Source: Pseudomonadota bacterium
GTDB lineage: Bacteria > Myxococcota_A > UBA796 > GCA-2862545
Assembly: GCA_947490265.1 (NCBI GenBank)
Contig: CANLGQ010000001.1
Span: 1-63,617 of the forward strand
DNA length: 63,617 nt
Direction: 5' to 3'
The notes under the pieces were generated by a model. The model was not told the DNA's origin. It did not search any database and worked only from the letters and a program-made list of their open reading frames with translations. Both the position numbers and the translations under genes were made by a program. Shown here in pieces: positions 27,121-38,754 of the stretch (its first letter is position 1; each line of letters opens with the position of its first letter).

Positions 27121-28869
27121 ATGCCTGGGTTCTTCGGGCGATTCCAGGCGTATGGACCGGCCACGTTCCGCGCCGACTTCATCGCCGGAATCACCGTCGC
27201 CCTGTTCACCATCCCTCAGGCGATGGCCTATGCGTTGATCGCGGGCTTTCCGCCGGCGGTTGGCATCCTGACCGCGGTGGTCGCCTCGATCGCCGGAGCG
27301 GTGTTCGGGAGCTCCGAGTTCCTGGTGAACGGCCCGACCAACGCCATCGCGGTCATGCTCGCCGCGAATGCAGCTTTGTTCGCCACGCACGGCGACCCGG
27401 TTTCGACCATCGTCCTGCTGACCGTGATGATCGGGGTCATTCAGACCGTGGCCGCCTTCCTCCGCGCGGGGGGACTGACCCGGCTCGTGTCGGAACCGGT
27501 CCTGACCGGCTTCACCGCTGGCGCGGGGGTGTACATCGTCATCAACCAGCTCCCCGCGCTGCTGGGGATCGCGCGGTCGGCGCTCCCTGAGGGCCTGTTT
27601 GGGGCCGACCTCCCCCACAATGCGCTGTTCGACCTGGTTCGCACCGGAAGCGCCCTGCCGGTCACCAACGGGGTGTCGCTGGGCGTCGGGCTCCTCACGG
27701 TGGTCCTGGTCCGCGGGATCCAGGCGCTCGAGCCTCGGCTCGGGAAGCGACTCCCAGCCCCCTTCCTGGCGATTGCGGCGGTGACGCTCGGAGCCTACGC
27801 CTTCGGGCTCGGCGAGGCCGATCAGGGGGATGCGAAAATCCGCCTGGTTCGCGACATCGAGCCGCTCACCCGCACGCTCCCGCCGATCGTGTGGCCGACC
27901 GCGACCCTTCCCCAGGTCGAGTCGCTGCTCACCACCGCGCTGGCGATTGCCACGCTGGGTGCCGTCGAGGCGATCGCGATCGGAAAGGTATTGGCGGCCC
28001 GGGCGGGCCATCCATTCGACGCCTCTCGGCAGCTCCTCGGTGAGGGGGTCTGCAACCTCGCCGCGGGTCTGGTGGGCGGTTTTGCCTCGTCGGGTTCCTT
28101 TTCCCGCACCGCGGTGAACTACGAGTCCGGCGCGGTCACGCGCCTCTCCGTCATCTACTCCGGCGTGCTGGTGCTCGCGTTGGTGCTGCTCGGCGCCCCG
28201 CTCGCGAACTACATCCCGATCGCCGCCTTGGCGGGGACCTTGGTCCACATCGGCCTCAAGCTGGTCGACGTGTCGCGGATCCGGGCGATGGTCGCGAGCA
28301 CCTCGGCGGATCGCCTTGTGTTCTTCACCACGTTCGGGGCAGTGCTCGCCGTCTCGCATCTCGAGTGGGCGTTGTTCCTTGGCGTTGCGGTGGCGATCTA
28401 CCAGGCACTCCGGCGTGCCGGGAGCTTCAAGCTCACGGTGCTCGAGGAGCGACCCGACGGATCGTTTCTGGAGCGACCCGGCGTTCACCCCCGTGAAGTG
28501 GGCCAGATCGCGCTCCTCAACCTCCAGGGCGAGATGTTCTTCGCCGGTGCCGAGACGCTCGAGCATCGCCTGTGCGAGATGCTGGACTTCAACACCAGCT
28601 TCCTCGTGGTACGAGTCCACGAAGCGTACAATCTCGACGCCACGATGGCAGACGCGATCGCGAACGTCGCGCGGGTCGCCCGAGCCCGCGGTGGGCGCCT
28701 GGTGCTGTGTGGCGTGCAGGCCGGCATGTACGGCACGATGGAGCGCGCGCGGGTGCTCGACGTGATCGGCCGCGACAACGTGTTCCTGCACGAAGACGCG
28801 CTCCTGGCGTCGACCCGCCGGGCCCTCGCCTGGACCCACGGGCTCGCGGAGGTGCTGCCGCCTCGGTGA
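27121..28869 (+). CDS. SulP family inorganic anion transporter with C-terminal STAS domain
   Basis: ATG 27121. FRADFIAGITVALFTIPQAMAYALIAGFPPAVGI is the SulP signature region. The C-terminal LLNLQGEMFFAGAETLEHRL...VVRVHEAYNLDATM is STAS-like. Confidence 0.9.
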   Translation: MPGFFGRFQAYGPATFRADFIAGITVALFTIPQAMAYALIAGFPPAVGILTAVVASIAGAVFGSSEFLVNGPTNAIAVMLAANAALFATHGDPVSTIVLLTVMIGVIQTVAAFLRAGGLTRLVSEPVLTGFTAGAGVYIVINQLPALLGIARSALPEGLFGADLPHNALFDLVRTGSALPVTNGVSLGVGLLTVVLVRGIQALEPRLGKRLPAPFLAIAAVTLGAYAFGLGEADQGDAKIRLVRDIEPLTRTLPPIVWPTATLPQVESLLTTALAIATLGAVEAIAIGKVLAARAGHPFDASRQLLGEGVCNLAAGLVGGFASSGSFSRTAVNYESGAVTRLSVIYSGVLVLALVLLGAPLANYIPIAALAGTLVHIGLKLVDVSRIRAMVASTSADRLVFFTTFGAVLAVSHLEWALFLGVAVAIYQALRRAGSFKLTVLEERPDGSFLERPGVHPREVGQIALLNLQGEMFFAGAETLEHRLCEMLDFNTSFLVVRVHEAYNLDATMADAIANVARVARARGGRLVLCGVQAGMYGTMERARVLDVIGRDNVFLHEDALLASTRRALAWTHGLAEVLPPR

Positions 28870-28958
28870 CCGGTCAGCGCGGGTTGGCGACCGTTCGGGC
28901 GGAAACGGGGCACCCCTGGCCCGCGGGGCGGTCAGGGACGGGTGGGAGGTGCCCCTTG

Positions 28959-30014
28959 GTGCTCCGACGCATCCTCGCGCTGGCGGCGCTCGGCGCCACC
29001 GGCGTCGTCCTGCCCTCGACCGTGTGTGAGCGGGGCGCTGCGGCCTGGTACCGCGGCGATCCGGCCGTCGTCGGTGCCCTCGCCGACGCGGTCGACCGCC
29101 ACACGTCGGGGCCGCTCGGACCGGGCGACTACGGGACGGGGAGTCCCCGTTTCGATGGGGAGTGGTGGTTCGGCACCTACCAAATGGCGGCGCTGGGGTT
29201 CGGACAAACGGGCGATCTTCCACGCATGCAGACCGCGATCGATCGCGCGTCGTCGCTGGAGGTCTGGGGCTTCGATCAGGCCGCGTGGGGCGACCTCGCG
29301 CTGTCGGATCTCGAGGGAGATCCCCACGATCACGCCGTGCTCGGTTACCTCGGCGTTGCGCTGGGCGTAGAGCGCGAGCTCGCGCCCGAGGGCCCGCACG
29401 CCGCGCTCCACGATGCGCTCGCGGCGCACCTCGCGCGCCGGCTGGTCGCTCGCGGCGCCCACCCGCTGGAGACCTACCCGGGGGAAGCGTACCCGGTCGA
29501 CAACGCGGCGGTGCTCGCCACCCTCGCGCTCCACGCGCGCGCCACGGGGCGCCCGCCCGATCCGGTGGTAGAGGCCGCGGTGAGGCGCTGGGAGACCGCC
29601 TACGTGTCGGAGGACGGGCTGGTGATCCAGGTGGTGGGCTCAGGTCGCGTGCGTGGCTCGGGTACGGCGCTGTCCGCCTATTTTCTCGGGTTCACCCACC
29701 CGGTGCTCGCTCGCCGTCTGACCGAGGGGATCCACCGACAGCTCGCCGGAACGGTGCTCGGCTTCGGGGCGGTGCGGGAGTACCGATGGGGCGAGGAGGG
29801 TGCAGGAGACATCGACTCCGGGCCCCTCGTCGCCGGTTGGTCGATCTCGGCGACCGGCTTTTCCCTGGCGTCCGCCCGTCGCGCGCAGGACGAGGCCTGG
29901 TTCGCCGACCTGTATGGAACCGCCTGCTTTGCCGGTCTACCGGGGCAGGATGGCTTCGCTACCGGCGGTCCGCTCGGCAACGCGATCCTGTTCGCCATGC
30001 TCACCGCACACTGA
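28959..30014 (+). CDS. hypothetical secreted protein
   Basis: GGGAGG at 28944-28949 precedes GTG 28959 (VLRRILALAALGATGVVL signal-like). 351 aa with ordinary composition. Confidence 0.6.
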   Translation: MLRRILALAALGATGVVLPSTVCERGAAAWYRGDPAVVGALADAVDRHTSGPLGPGDYGTGSPRFDGEWWFGTYQMAALGFGQTGDLPRMQTAIDRASSLEVWGFDQAAWGDLALSDLEGDPHDHAVLGYLGVALGVERELAPEGPHAALHDALAAHLARRLVARGAHPLETYPGEAYPVDNAAVLATLALHARATGRPPDPVVEAAVRRWETAYVSEDGLVIQVVGSGRVRGSGTALSAYFLGFTHPVLARRLTEGIHRQLAGTVLGFGAVREYRWGEEGAGDIDSGPLVAGWSISATGFSLASARRAQDEAWFADLYGTACFAGLPGQDGFATGGPLGNAILFAMLTAH

Positions 30015-30059
30015 ACAGATGAGCAGGACACGCGCGTCGCTCCGGGGTAGATCGATCGC

Positions 30060-30362
30060 ATGGATCGCCCCCCCCCGCTCCAGGATTGGACCTTCCAGGC
30101 ACCGTTGCCCGTCGCGTCGCCCGACGGGTGGCGGTTCGCGGTCGTCGGGGTGGAACGTGTGGAATTCGGGCCCTATCCCGACCGGGGCGAGGCCTGGGCC
30201 GAGCGGGAGCGGATGTTTCGCCGGTGGTGCGTGACCGCCCGGCTGCGCGGCGGCTGGGCGTGGCGCCCGACCGCGGTGATCTGGGCAGTGACCCTCCCGC
30301 GAGGCGTCGAGGTGGGCGGGATGCCGCTGCAGCACCGCCCGTGCACCCGCGCGTCAGGGTAG
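30060..30362 (+). CDS. hypothetical small Trp/Arg-rich protein
   Basis: 100 aa with strong GC3 bias. No homology recognised. Its 3-prime end overlaps the convergent gene by 9 nt. Confidence 0.4.
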   Translation: MDRPPPLQDWTFQAPLPVASPDGWRFAVVGVERVEFGPYPDRGEAWAERERMFRRWCVTARLRGGWAWRPTAVIWAVTLPRGVEVGGMPLQHRPCTRASG

Positions 30363-31436
30363 GGCGACGGCCTTCTCTTCCTTGGCGCTGGCCTCCGTCC
30401 CGCGAGCCGCGGCTTCGGCGACCAGTTTCTCGCCCCACGCGCCGATCTCGCTCGCTTCTTTCACCGGCTCCGGCGTGACGGCCACCGGCCAAACTCCGGC
30501 GTCACACTTGAGTTTTGGCTTGAACGCCCGCACCGCGGTCTCCGCGTCGGACTGAACCGACCAGTGCGTGCCCCCCGCCTTCGCCTCGGCCCAGTGCACC
30601 ACGGTCTGGCCGTCGCAAGATTCGAAGCCAGCAACGCCATATAATAGCTCACGGTCGGAATAGATCACCGAGAGCAGCTGGGCCGCAGCGCTGTCGGAGC
30701 CGGTCGCCGAGAGGCGCTCGGCGATCTCTTTCGCTGCCTCTGGGGGCACGATCCGCCCGACCGAGAGGAGTGTTTCCTCCAAGAGTTTGCGATCGTCGGC
30801 CGAGAGATTCGTGCCGAGGACGCCCATCCCGCGGATGACATCGACGATGGTGTTCAACACGTCGCGGAATGGCCCGCGGCTTGTGGCTGCAGCCACTGCC
30901 GCCTTTTGCAGGTCGGGCAGCGCGTCCTTGCCCTTGTGGTAGCCGTAGGCGGCGAGTGCGGTCGCATAGCGATCGGAGACGATCTCGTCGGGCGGCGCGA
31001 CCACGACGGTGGCCAGCCACGCATCGACCTCGGGGGTTCGACAGGCGACCACGCCGTCGCGCCACGAAGCGAAGGCCCGCGCTCGGGAATCAGCATAAGT
31101 CGCCTGGAAAAACGGAACCACCGCCGGATGCTCGGCGCAGCCGCTCCCCACCGCCCCAGCGATCTCCCCGCGGGCGCTCGCGACGCTCTCGAGCGCGCCG
31201 GCCACGGGCTTGTAGATGCCGCTGTCTACCGCGACGTTCACCAGGGCGACCAGGCTGTCGACATCGCCCGTGGCCCGCAGGAAGTCAGGGAAAACCTGCT
31301 CTGCCAATACCTTGTCGCACGCGACCAGGGCCTTGTAGGCGGGGGCCACCGCGTCGCCTTTCACGGTGCTGGCCTTGGCCGCCAGGGGTTGACAGTTCGC
31401 GGCCCAAGCCGCCGATAGCGCCAACAACGTCCACAT
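30354..31436 (-). CDS. hypothetical secreted protein
   Basis: ATG 31436 (MWTLLALSAAWAANC signal peptide). 360 aa, Ala/Val-rich, predicted helical. Confidence 0.65.
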   Translation of the reverse strand: MWTLLALSAAWAANCQPLAAKASTVKGDAVAPAYKALVACDKVLAEQVFPDFLRATGDVDSLVALVNVAVDSGIYKPVAGALESVASARGEIAGAVGSGCAEHPAVVPFFQATYADSRARAFASWRDGVVACRTPEVDAWLATVVVAPPDEIVSDRYATALAAYGYHKGKDALPDLQKAAVAAATSRGPFRDVLNTIVDVIRGMGVLGTNLSADDRKLLEETLLSVGRIVPPEAAKEIAERLSATGSDSAAAQLLSVIYSDRELLYGVAGFESCDGQTVVHWAEAKAGGTHWSVQSDAETAVRAFKPKLKCDAGVWPVAVTPEPVKEASEIGAWGEKLVAEAAARGTEASAKEEKAVALP

Positions 31437-31522
31437 GCCTCGCTCCTCCCGCCGGCGCCGGTAACCGGCGGAGACGGAACCCGCGACCACCGGACGCGCT
31501 TCCCGCCCTCGGTCGAGGGCGA

Positions 31523-33337
<1,815 letters not shown>

Positions 33338-33430
33338 GGACGCCTTCGAACCCGCGGGGTGCGGGGCAGCCCCATCACCGACTGCGGGCCGCTCGACAAC
33401 CCGAACCGCGCTCGACGCGCTCGGCATTCG

Positions 33431-35083
33431 CTAGAGAATGCCGTATTCCGGCCCGTTTCCGCCTTCGGGCGGCACCCACGTGATCACCTGGTAGGGATCG
33501 CGGATGTCGCACGTCTTGCAGTGTACACAGTTCGAGAAGTCGACCTGCATCTCGGCCCGGCCGGTCTTCTCGTTCGGGATCATGTTGTACACCTGCGCGG
33601 GGCAGAACCGGGTGCACGGGTTGCCGTATTGCTCTCGGCAGATCGTCGCGCAAATGTCGGTGTCGACGATCTTCAGGTGGGCGGGCTGATGCTCGTCGTG
33701 CTTCGTGCCGGAGTGGTACACGTCGGTCAGCTTGTCGAGCAGGTAGGTGCCGTCGTAGGTCGGCGCCTCGTTCGGGCGGCGGCCCTTGGCGTCGAAGGAC
33801 GCCAGGGGTTCCATGCGCCGGTGATCGGGCGCCATCGGCGCGGTGGCCGAGCCCGGCCCGACCAGCCATTGGAGGCCGGTTTTCACCATGCCGGCAGCGA
33901 ACCCCTGGTGGAAGTTCGCGTGCATGTTTTTAGAGGGCTCCATCTCAGTGCGCACCCAGGAGGCTTTCAGGGCCTCGGGGTAGGCGCGCAGCGTGGTGGC
34001 GGAGAAGTCATCGGCCTTCAGTGCCGCGAACGCCGCCGCTGCAGCGAGCATTCCCGACTTCATCGACAGGTGGATCCCCTTGATCCGCATCGGATTGAGG
34101 AACGAGGCGGAGTCGCCGACCAGCATCGCCCCGTCGGTCGCTAGCTCGGGGATCGACGACCAGCCGCCGATCGTGACGGCCTTTGCCCCATATTTCACGA
34201 CCTTGCCCTTCCCGATGATCCCGCGGACGTACGGGTGGGCCTTGAGCTGCTGGAGCATCGCCTGGGCGTCCATCCGGGGATCGGCGCAGTCCAGCCCGAC
34301 CAAAAGGCCGATGCAGACCTTGTCGTCGGCCATCGCGTACAGGAACGAGCCACCGTAGGTGTGTGCGTCGAGCGGGTAGCCGAGCGTATGGGCGACGAAA
34401 CCGTCCTTCAGCGTGCCCGGCGGCAGCTCGAGCACCTCCTTCACCCCGATCGAGTAGACCATGGGCTGGCTCTCCGCATCGAGGCCGCGCCGCTGGATGA
34501 TCCGCCGGGCGAGGTGGCCGCGCGGGCCCTCGCCGACGATGGTGACCTTGGCCTTGATGTCTACGCCCGGTTCGAAGTTATCGCGCGGCGCCCCGTGGCT
34601 GTCGGTGCCCTTGTCGCCGGTTCGCACCCCGACCACCCGATCCCCTTCCCACAGCACGTCGGTGCCGGCAAAGCCCGGCAGGATGGTGACTCCGCGCGCC
34701 TCGGCTTGGGCAGCCAGCCACTTGACGAACTTGCCCAGGGCGACGACGGGCTTGCCCTCGTTGTGCAGCTCGGGCGGGATCCATGGCGCCACGAGCCAAT
34801 TCGTCGCCGTGAGGTACACCATCTCCTCCCGCTCGACGAAGTGCTCGAGGGGAAAGCTGGGGTCTTCCCGCCAAGCCGGGATGAGCTCGTCGAGCGCGAT
34901 CGGGTCGAGTACCGCGCCGGACAGCTGGTGGGCGCCCACCTCCGAACCCTTCTCGATCACGAAGATCGTGGGGGCCTCGCCACCCGCCTCGGTCACGCGA
35001 TCCATGAGGTGGATGGCGCCCGCTAGGCACGCCGGGCCCGCGCCCACGAACAGGATGTCGCACGGGAGCTCTTCGCGTTGCAT
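33431..35083 (-). CDS. electron transfer flavoprotein-ubiquinone oxidoreductase (ETF-QO)
   Basis: FAD-binding DILFVGAGPACLAGA. C-terminal 4Fe-4S ferredoxin-like segment CPAQVY...FSNCVHCKTCDIRDP. 550 aa, the typical length. Confidence 0.92.
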   Translation of the reverse strand: MQREELPCDILFVGAGPACLAGAIHLMDRVTEAGGEAPTIFVIEKGSEVGAHQLSGAVLDPIALDELIPAWREDPSFPLEHFVEREEMVYLTATNWLVAPWIPPELHNEGKPVVALGKFVKWLAAQAEARGVTILPGFAGTDVLWEGDRVVGVRTGDKGTDSHGAPRDNFEPGVDIKAKVTIVGEGPRGHLARRIIQRRGLDAESQPMVYSIGVKEVLELPPGTLKDGFVAHTLGYPLDAHTYGGSFLYAMADDKVCIGLLVGLDCADPRMDAQAMLQQLKAHPYVRGIIGKGKVVKYGAKAVTIGGWSSIPELATDGAMLVGDSASFLNPMRIKGIHLSMKSGMLAAAAAFAALKADDFSATTLRAYPEALKASWVRTEMEPSKNMHANFHQGFAAGMVKTGLQWLVGPGSATAPMAPDHRRMEPLASFDAKGRRPNEAPTYDGTYLLDKLTDVYHSGTKHDEHQPAHLKIVDTDICATICREQYGNPCTRFCPAQVYNMIPNEKTGRAEMQVDFSNCVHCKTCDIRDPYQVITWVPPEGGNGPEYGIL

Positions 35084-35207
35084 CGGCCGACCTCCGACGG
35101 GCGGAGCCGCCCGGGCACGGGCCGTAACATGGGGCGGGCGGCGTCCCCAGGCCGCGTTTGCCTCCGACGCGGCCGGTGACTATTTGCCCGAGGCCGGGAG
35201 GGTGTTC

Positions 35208-35783
35208 GTGCTGAATCGTCGCAACGGCGTCGGCTTGCTGGTGGCAGTCCTTGGGATCGCGCTCGATCAGGTCACGAAGTGGTGGATCGTGCAAAACGTC
35301 CAGCTTCACAGCGGGGCCATCACCGTGATCCCGGGTTTTTTCGAGATCGTTCACTCGCAGAACCCCGGCGCGGCGATGGGGTTCCTTCGCGACTACCCCT
35401 ATCGGCACCAGATGTTTCTCACGTTCACGGTGGTCGCGGTCGGCGTGATCCTCGATCTCTTTCGTCGGCTCCCGAAGAGCGATGTGTTCATGGCGACGAC
35501 GCTGGGCCTGATCTTTTCGGGGGCGATCGGCAACGTCATCGACCGTCTGCGCCAACAGTACGTGACCGACTTCTTGCGCTTCTTTACGGACGACCCGAGT
35601 GCGAAGGCCTGGCTCAGCTCGTACCACCTCCCTAGTGAGTACCCAAGCTTCAACGTAGCGGATTCGGCCTTGGTCGTCGGCGTCGGGATGTTTCTCCTCC
35701 ACTATATGTTCCTCGAGGAGAAGGAACCGGAGGCCCCGAAGGCAGTGGCGCCGCCGGTCGAGCCGGTTCCGAAGGAGAGCTGA
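35208..35783 (+). CDS. lspA: lipoprotein signal peptidase II
   Basis: GGGAGG at 35196-35201; the start is GTG 35208 or GTG 35202. LDQVTKWWI, FFEIVHSQNPGAAMG, GAIGNVIDRL and FNVADSAL are the LspA conserved boxes. Confidence 0.88.
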   Translation: MLNRRNGVGLLVAVLGIALDQVTKWWIVQNVQLHSGAITVIPGFFEIVHSQNPGAAMGFLRDYPYRHQMFLTFTVVAVGVILDLFRRLPKSDVFMATTLGLIFSGAIGNVIDRLRQQYVTDFLRFFTDDPSAKAWLSSYHLPSEYPSFNVADSALVVGVGMFLLHYMFLEEKEPEAPKAVAPPVEPVPKES

Positions 35784-35786
35784 CCG

Positions 35787-36515
35787 GTGTGGCCGATTCT
35801 CTTCGAGATCGGCGGGCACGCGGTCCACGCCTGGGGCGCGTTCGGTGCGCTCGGGTTTCTGGTGGTGGCGGGCGTCGGACTGTGGCGGAGCGAGCGGGCG
35901 GGGATCCGCGTCGATCACGCGACCGATGCGCTGCTCGCGGCAGCCTTTTCCGGGGTGATCGGGGCTCGCGGGCTCTACGTGCTCCATCACCTCGGCGATT
36001 TTGAAAGCAAGCTCGAGTGGTTCGACGTTCGGGCCGGCGGTGCCTCCTTTTTCGGCGCCCTGCTGGTCGCGGTCCCCGTGGCGACTGCGGTGGGCGTCTT
36101 GCGCGGCCTTCCCCTGTTGCGCGGGTGGGATGCCTTCGCCCCCGCCATGGGCCTCGGGTTTGCGATGGCCAGGATCGGGTGCTTCGCGGCGGGTTGCTGC
36201 TTCGGCTCCCCGACTCGGTTGCCGTGGGGTGTCGTGTTTCCCGGCCATCTGGGCCCGGTCCACCCCGCGCAGCTCTATGAGGCCGGGTTCCAGGTCGCGC
36301 TCTCCGCGGTGTTGTTGGCGCGCGGGCGCCACCTTCGAGAGGGCGAGTCGTTCGCGGTGTGGCTCGGAGCCACCGGAGCCGGACGATTCCTGATCGAGTT
36401 CGTCCGTGGCGATCCCGGGCGCGCGGGGATGTTCGGCCTCACCGAGCCGCAGGGCTTCGCCCTGGTCGCGCTCGGGCTCGCGACGGTGCTGGCTGTGCGG
36501 ATCCGAAGGGCCTAA
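35787..36515 (+). CDS. lgt: prolipoprotein diacylglyceryl transferase
   Basis: GTG start 4 nt after the lspA stop. ARIGCFAAGCCFGSPTRLPWGVVFP is the Lgt signature. 242 aa. Confidence 0.88.
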   Translation: MWPILFEIGGHAVHAWGAFGALGFLVVAGVGLWRSERAGIRVDHATDALLAAAFSGVIGARGLYVLHHLGDFESKLEWFDVRAGGASFFGALLVAVPVATAVGVLRGLPLLRGWDAFAPAMGLGFAMARIGCFAAGCCFGSPTRLPWGVVFPGHLGPVHPAQLYEAGFQVALSAVLLARGRHLREGESFAVWLGATGAGRFLIEFVRGDPGRAGMFGLTEPQGFALVALGLATVLAVRIRRA

Positions 36516-38686
36516 CGCTCGAACCATTCGGGCTCGGTCCATCCCGCGCCCGCTCGCCAGGCGCGCACGCTGAGCCCTCCCGGGGTCTCGGCGACCTGGA
36601 TCGTCCCGACGACATCGGTGCGGCGCACGGCGATGCCGGCTGCCGCGAGCCGCTGGAGGACGTCGGCGTGCGGATGCCCGAACACGTTGTGGGCTCCGAC
36701 CGAGACGATCGCCAGCCGAGGGCGGATCTGGTTGAGCCACGCGGCGCTCGTGGCGGTGCGCGACCCGTGGTGGCCGACTTTCAGGACCGGCGCGGGCGCT
36801 GCGGTGGACAGGGCGGCTTCGGCGGCGAGGCCAGCGTCGCCCGCCATCAGCACCGGACCCCATCGGAGGACGATCGATCGATCGTTACGGTCCTTGGCTG
36901 GGAAGCCAGGTGGCGGGTGCAACACCCCGACATCCGTCGGCCACACGACCGGTACGCCGCGGGTGGCCGCCGCGGCGAGGAGCGGCGCCATTCCTTCGGC
37001 GTCGCGGACCTCGAGGCGGTCGACCTGGAGTTGCTGGATCACCGGGATCAACCCCCCGATGTGGTCGAGGTGGCCGTGGGTGGCGACCACCGCGTCGAGG
37101 TGCCGGATCCCGCTGCGGCGGAGCCAGCGAACCACCCCCTCTCCCGGCGGGCCCCCATCCACCAGGATCGCCGTTCCGTCGGCGCCCTGGAGGAGCGCGG
37201 CGTCGCCCTGCCCGACCGAGAGGAAGGTGGCGGTGTCCACCGAGGGCCATCGGGCGGGCCAGAGCGCGAGGACCGCGGCGGGGAGCCACCATCGAATGCG
37301 GGGGCGGAACAGCAGCGGGACCACCAGCGCGAGCGCGCCGAGCGGCCCGACGGCGGGGTGCCAGGGCTCCACCGCGAGCGGACGCAGCAGGAACAAGAGG
37401 AGCTCGCTGCCGACCGTCCCCGCGCGACCTGCCCACGCGGCCAGGTGGGGGGGCCCGAACGTTGCCAGGGCGGAGCAAGGAACAAGCCAAACCGACGAGA
37501 GCGGGAGCGCCAGCAGGTTCGCCGGCAGGGTCAGCGGAGCCCACTCCTGGAACCACCAGGCCGCGGCGGGGAGCGTGCCCACCGCGCAACCGGTCGTTCC
37601 CGCTGCGGATTCGGCCAGGAGTCGGGCCGGTCGGGGAAGATCGGGGGGGAGCCACCGAAGCAGCCACGGCGTGACCCTCAGCAGGCCCAGCAGCGCCGAG
37701 AACGAGAGCTGCCAGCTGGCCTGTGCCACCGCGCCCGGATTCACCAGCAGAGTGCCGATCGCGGCGAGGCCCAGCAGGGCGAGCGGATCTCCGAGTCGTC
37801 CCCCGGCACGCCCGATGGCGCCCAGCCCGAGCGCGAGGGCCGCGCGTTGGGCCGGGAGGGGGGCGCCGGCCAGCCAGGCATAGGCGGCGCCCACTGCCGC
37901 CGAAAGCAGGATCCCGGGCGCGGTCGACAGGCCGCGGCCGGTGAAAAGGCCGATCCACCGCGTCAGGGTGAGGAGGCCGAGCGCGCACAGCGCGGCGACC
38001 GCTCCGACGTGGAACCCTGACACCGACAGGAGATGGCTGGTGCCGGTCCGGCGAAAGACGAGGCGATCGGCTTCGGACAGGCCGGCGAGGTCGCCCAGGG
38101 CCAGCGCGCGAAGGACGCCGGTCGGGTCGTTTGCAGTGTCGGGGCGCGGGGGCCGGGTGCCCCATTCGCTGGCATCGATCCGGACCCAGGTCCGCACGCC
38201 GGTGCGTCGCGCCGCCCGGATCGGGTCAGGTGCCCCTGGCAGCGCGTCGGCGCGGTTGTCGTGCGCCTCGCCGCGGAGCCGGACGGCGGTGCCCGGTGGG
38301 GCGGACGGCTCGGGGAAGGTCGCCCGGATGCGGCCCGTCGCGTCTTCCCAGGGGCGACCGGGCCGGGTCCAGCGCGAGAGGGCGATCTCCGCGTCGCGCC
38401 CGCTCGCGCCCACCACCACCCCCTCCGCGATCACGGGGCCGCGCAGCGCGGGGCCGGGCGGAAGGGCGCGGCACAGGCTGATACCCAGGCAAGTGCCCGC
38501 AATTGCCAGCCCGAACCGGGCGAGGAGCTGAGGGCGAGCGAGTGCGAGGACGGACGCACCGAGGCCGAACGCCGACCAGATCGCGGGGACGCCGCTCGCT
38601 TCGGGCGCGACCCCGACCCCGGCGACGAACGCTGCGCTGAACCAAGCGACCGGATGCATGGCGCCCCCTCGCCGGGCGCCAAGCAA
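36512..38686 (-). CDS. comEC: ComEC/Rec2 DNA internalization-related competence protein
   Basis: N-terminal multi-TM competence domain plus a C-terminal metallo-beta-lactamase domain (VVATHGHLDHIGG, LKVGHHGS). ATG 38659 is an alternative start. Confidence 0.85.
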   Translation of the reverse strand: MLGARRGGAMHPVAWFSAAFVAGVGVAPEASGVPAIWSAFGLGASVLALARPQLLARFGLAIAGTCLGISLCRALPPGPALRGPVIAEGVVVGASGRDAEIALSRWTRPGRPWEDATGRIRATFPEPSAPPGTAVRLRGEAHDNRADALPGAPDPIRAARRTGVRTWVRIDASEWGTRPPRPDTANDPTGVLRALALGDLAGLSEADRLVFRRTGTSHLLSVSGFHVGAVAALCALGLLTLTRWIGLFTGRGLSTAPGILLSAAVGAAYAWLAGAPLPAQRAALALGLGAIGRAGGRLGDPLALLGLAAIGTLLVNPGAVAQASWQLSFSALLGLLRVTPWLLRWLPPDLPRPARLLAESAAGTTGCAVGTLPAAAWWFQEWAPLTLPANLLALPLSSVWLVPCSALATFGPPHLAAWAGRAGTVGSELLLFLLRPLAVEPWHPAVGPLGALALVVPLLFRPRIRWWLPAAVLALWPARWPSVDTATFLSVGQGDAALLQGADGTAILVDGGPPGEGVVRWLRRSGIRHLDAVVATHGHLDHIGGLIPVIQQLQVDRLEVRDAEGMAPLLAAAATRGVPVVWPTDVGVLHPPPGFPAKDRNDRSIVLRWGPVLMAGDAGLAAEAALSTAAPAPVLKVGHHGSRTATSAAWLNQIRPRLAIVSVGAHNVFGHPHADVLQRLAAAGIAVRRTDVVGTIQVAETPGGLSVRAWRAGAGWTEPEWFER

Positions 38687-38754
38687 AGTTCAGGCCAGCA
38701 GAAAACCCGGGTTCCCCGGTTCGGCGACGGTCGTCGGTCGACGGCCCCTTGGCG

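Noticed and set aside
27040-29223. 727-aa minus-strand ORF
   Set aside because: It is antisense to the SulP/STAS transporter, which has clear family motifs. The product is Arg/Gly/Asp/His-rich and non-globular.
35091-35169. Repeated 9-mer CCTCCGACG (35091, 35161, also 40249)
   Set aside because: At 35091 and 40249 it is simply the reverse complement of the Shine-Dalgarno context (CGTCGGAGG) of minus-strand genes (ETF-QO, OmpA/TSP3). The third copy has no associated start and is most likely chance in this GC background.
34578-38020. 761-aa minus ORF (34578..36863) and 553-aa plus ORF (36359..38020)
   Set aside because: They are antisense to lspA/lgt/ETF-QO and to comEC respectively. The true genes carry diagnostic motifs (Lgt GCCFG box, ComEC HGHLDH).
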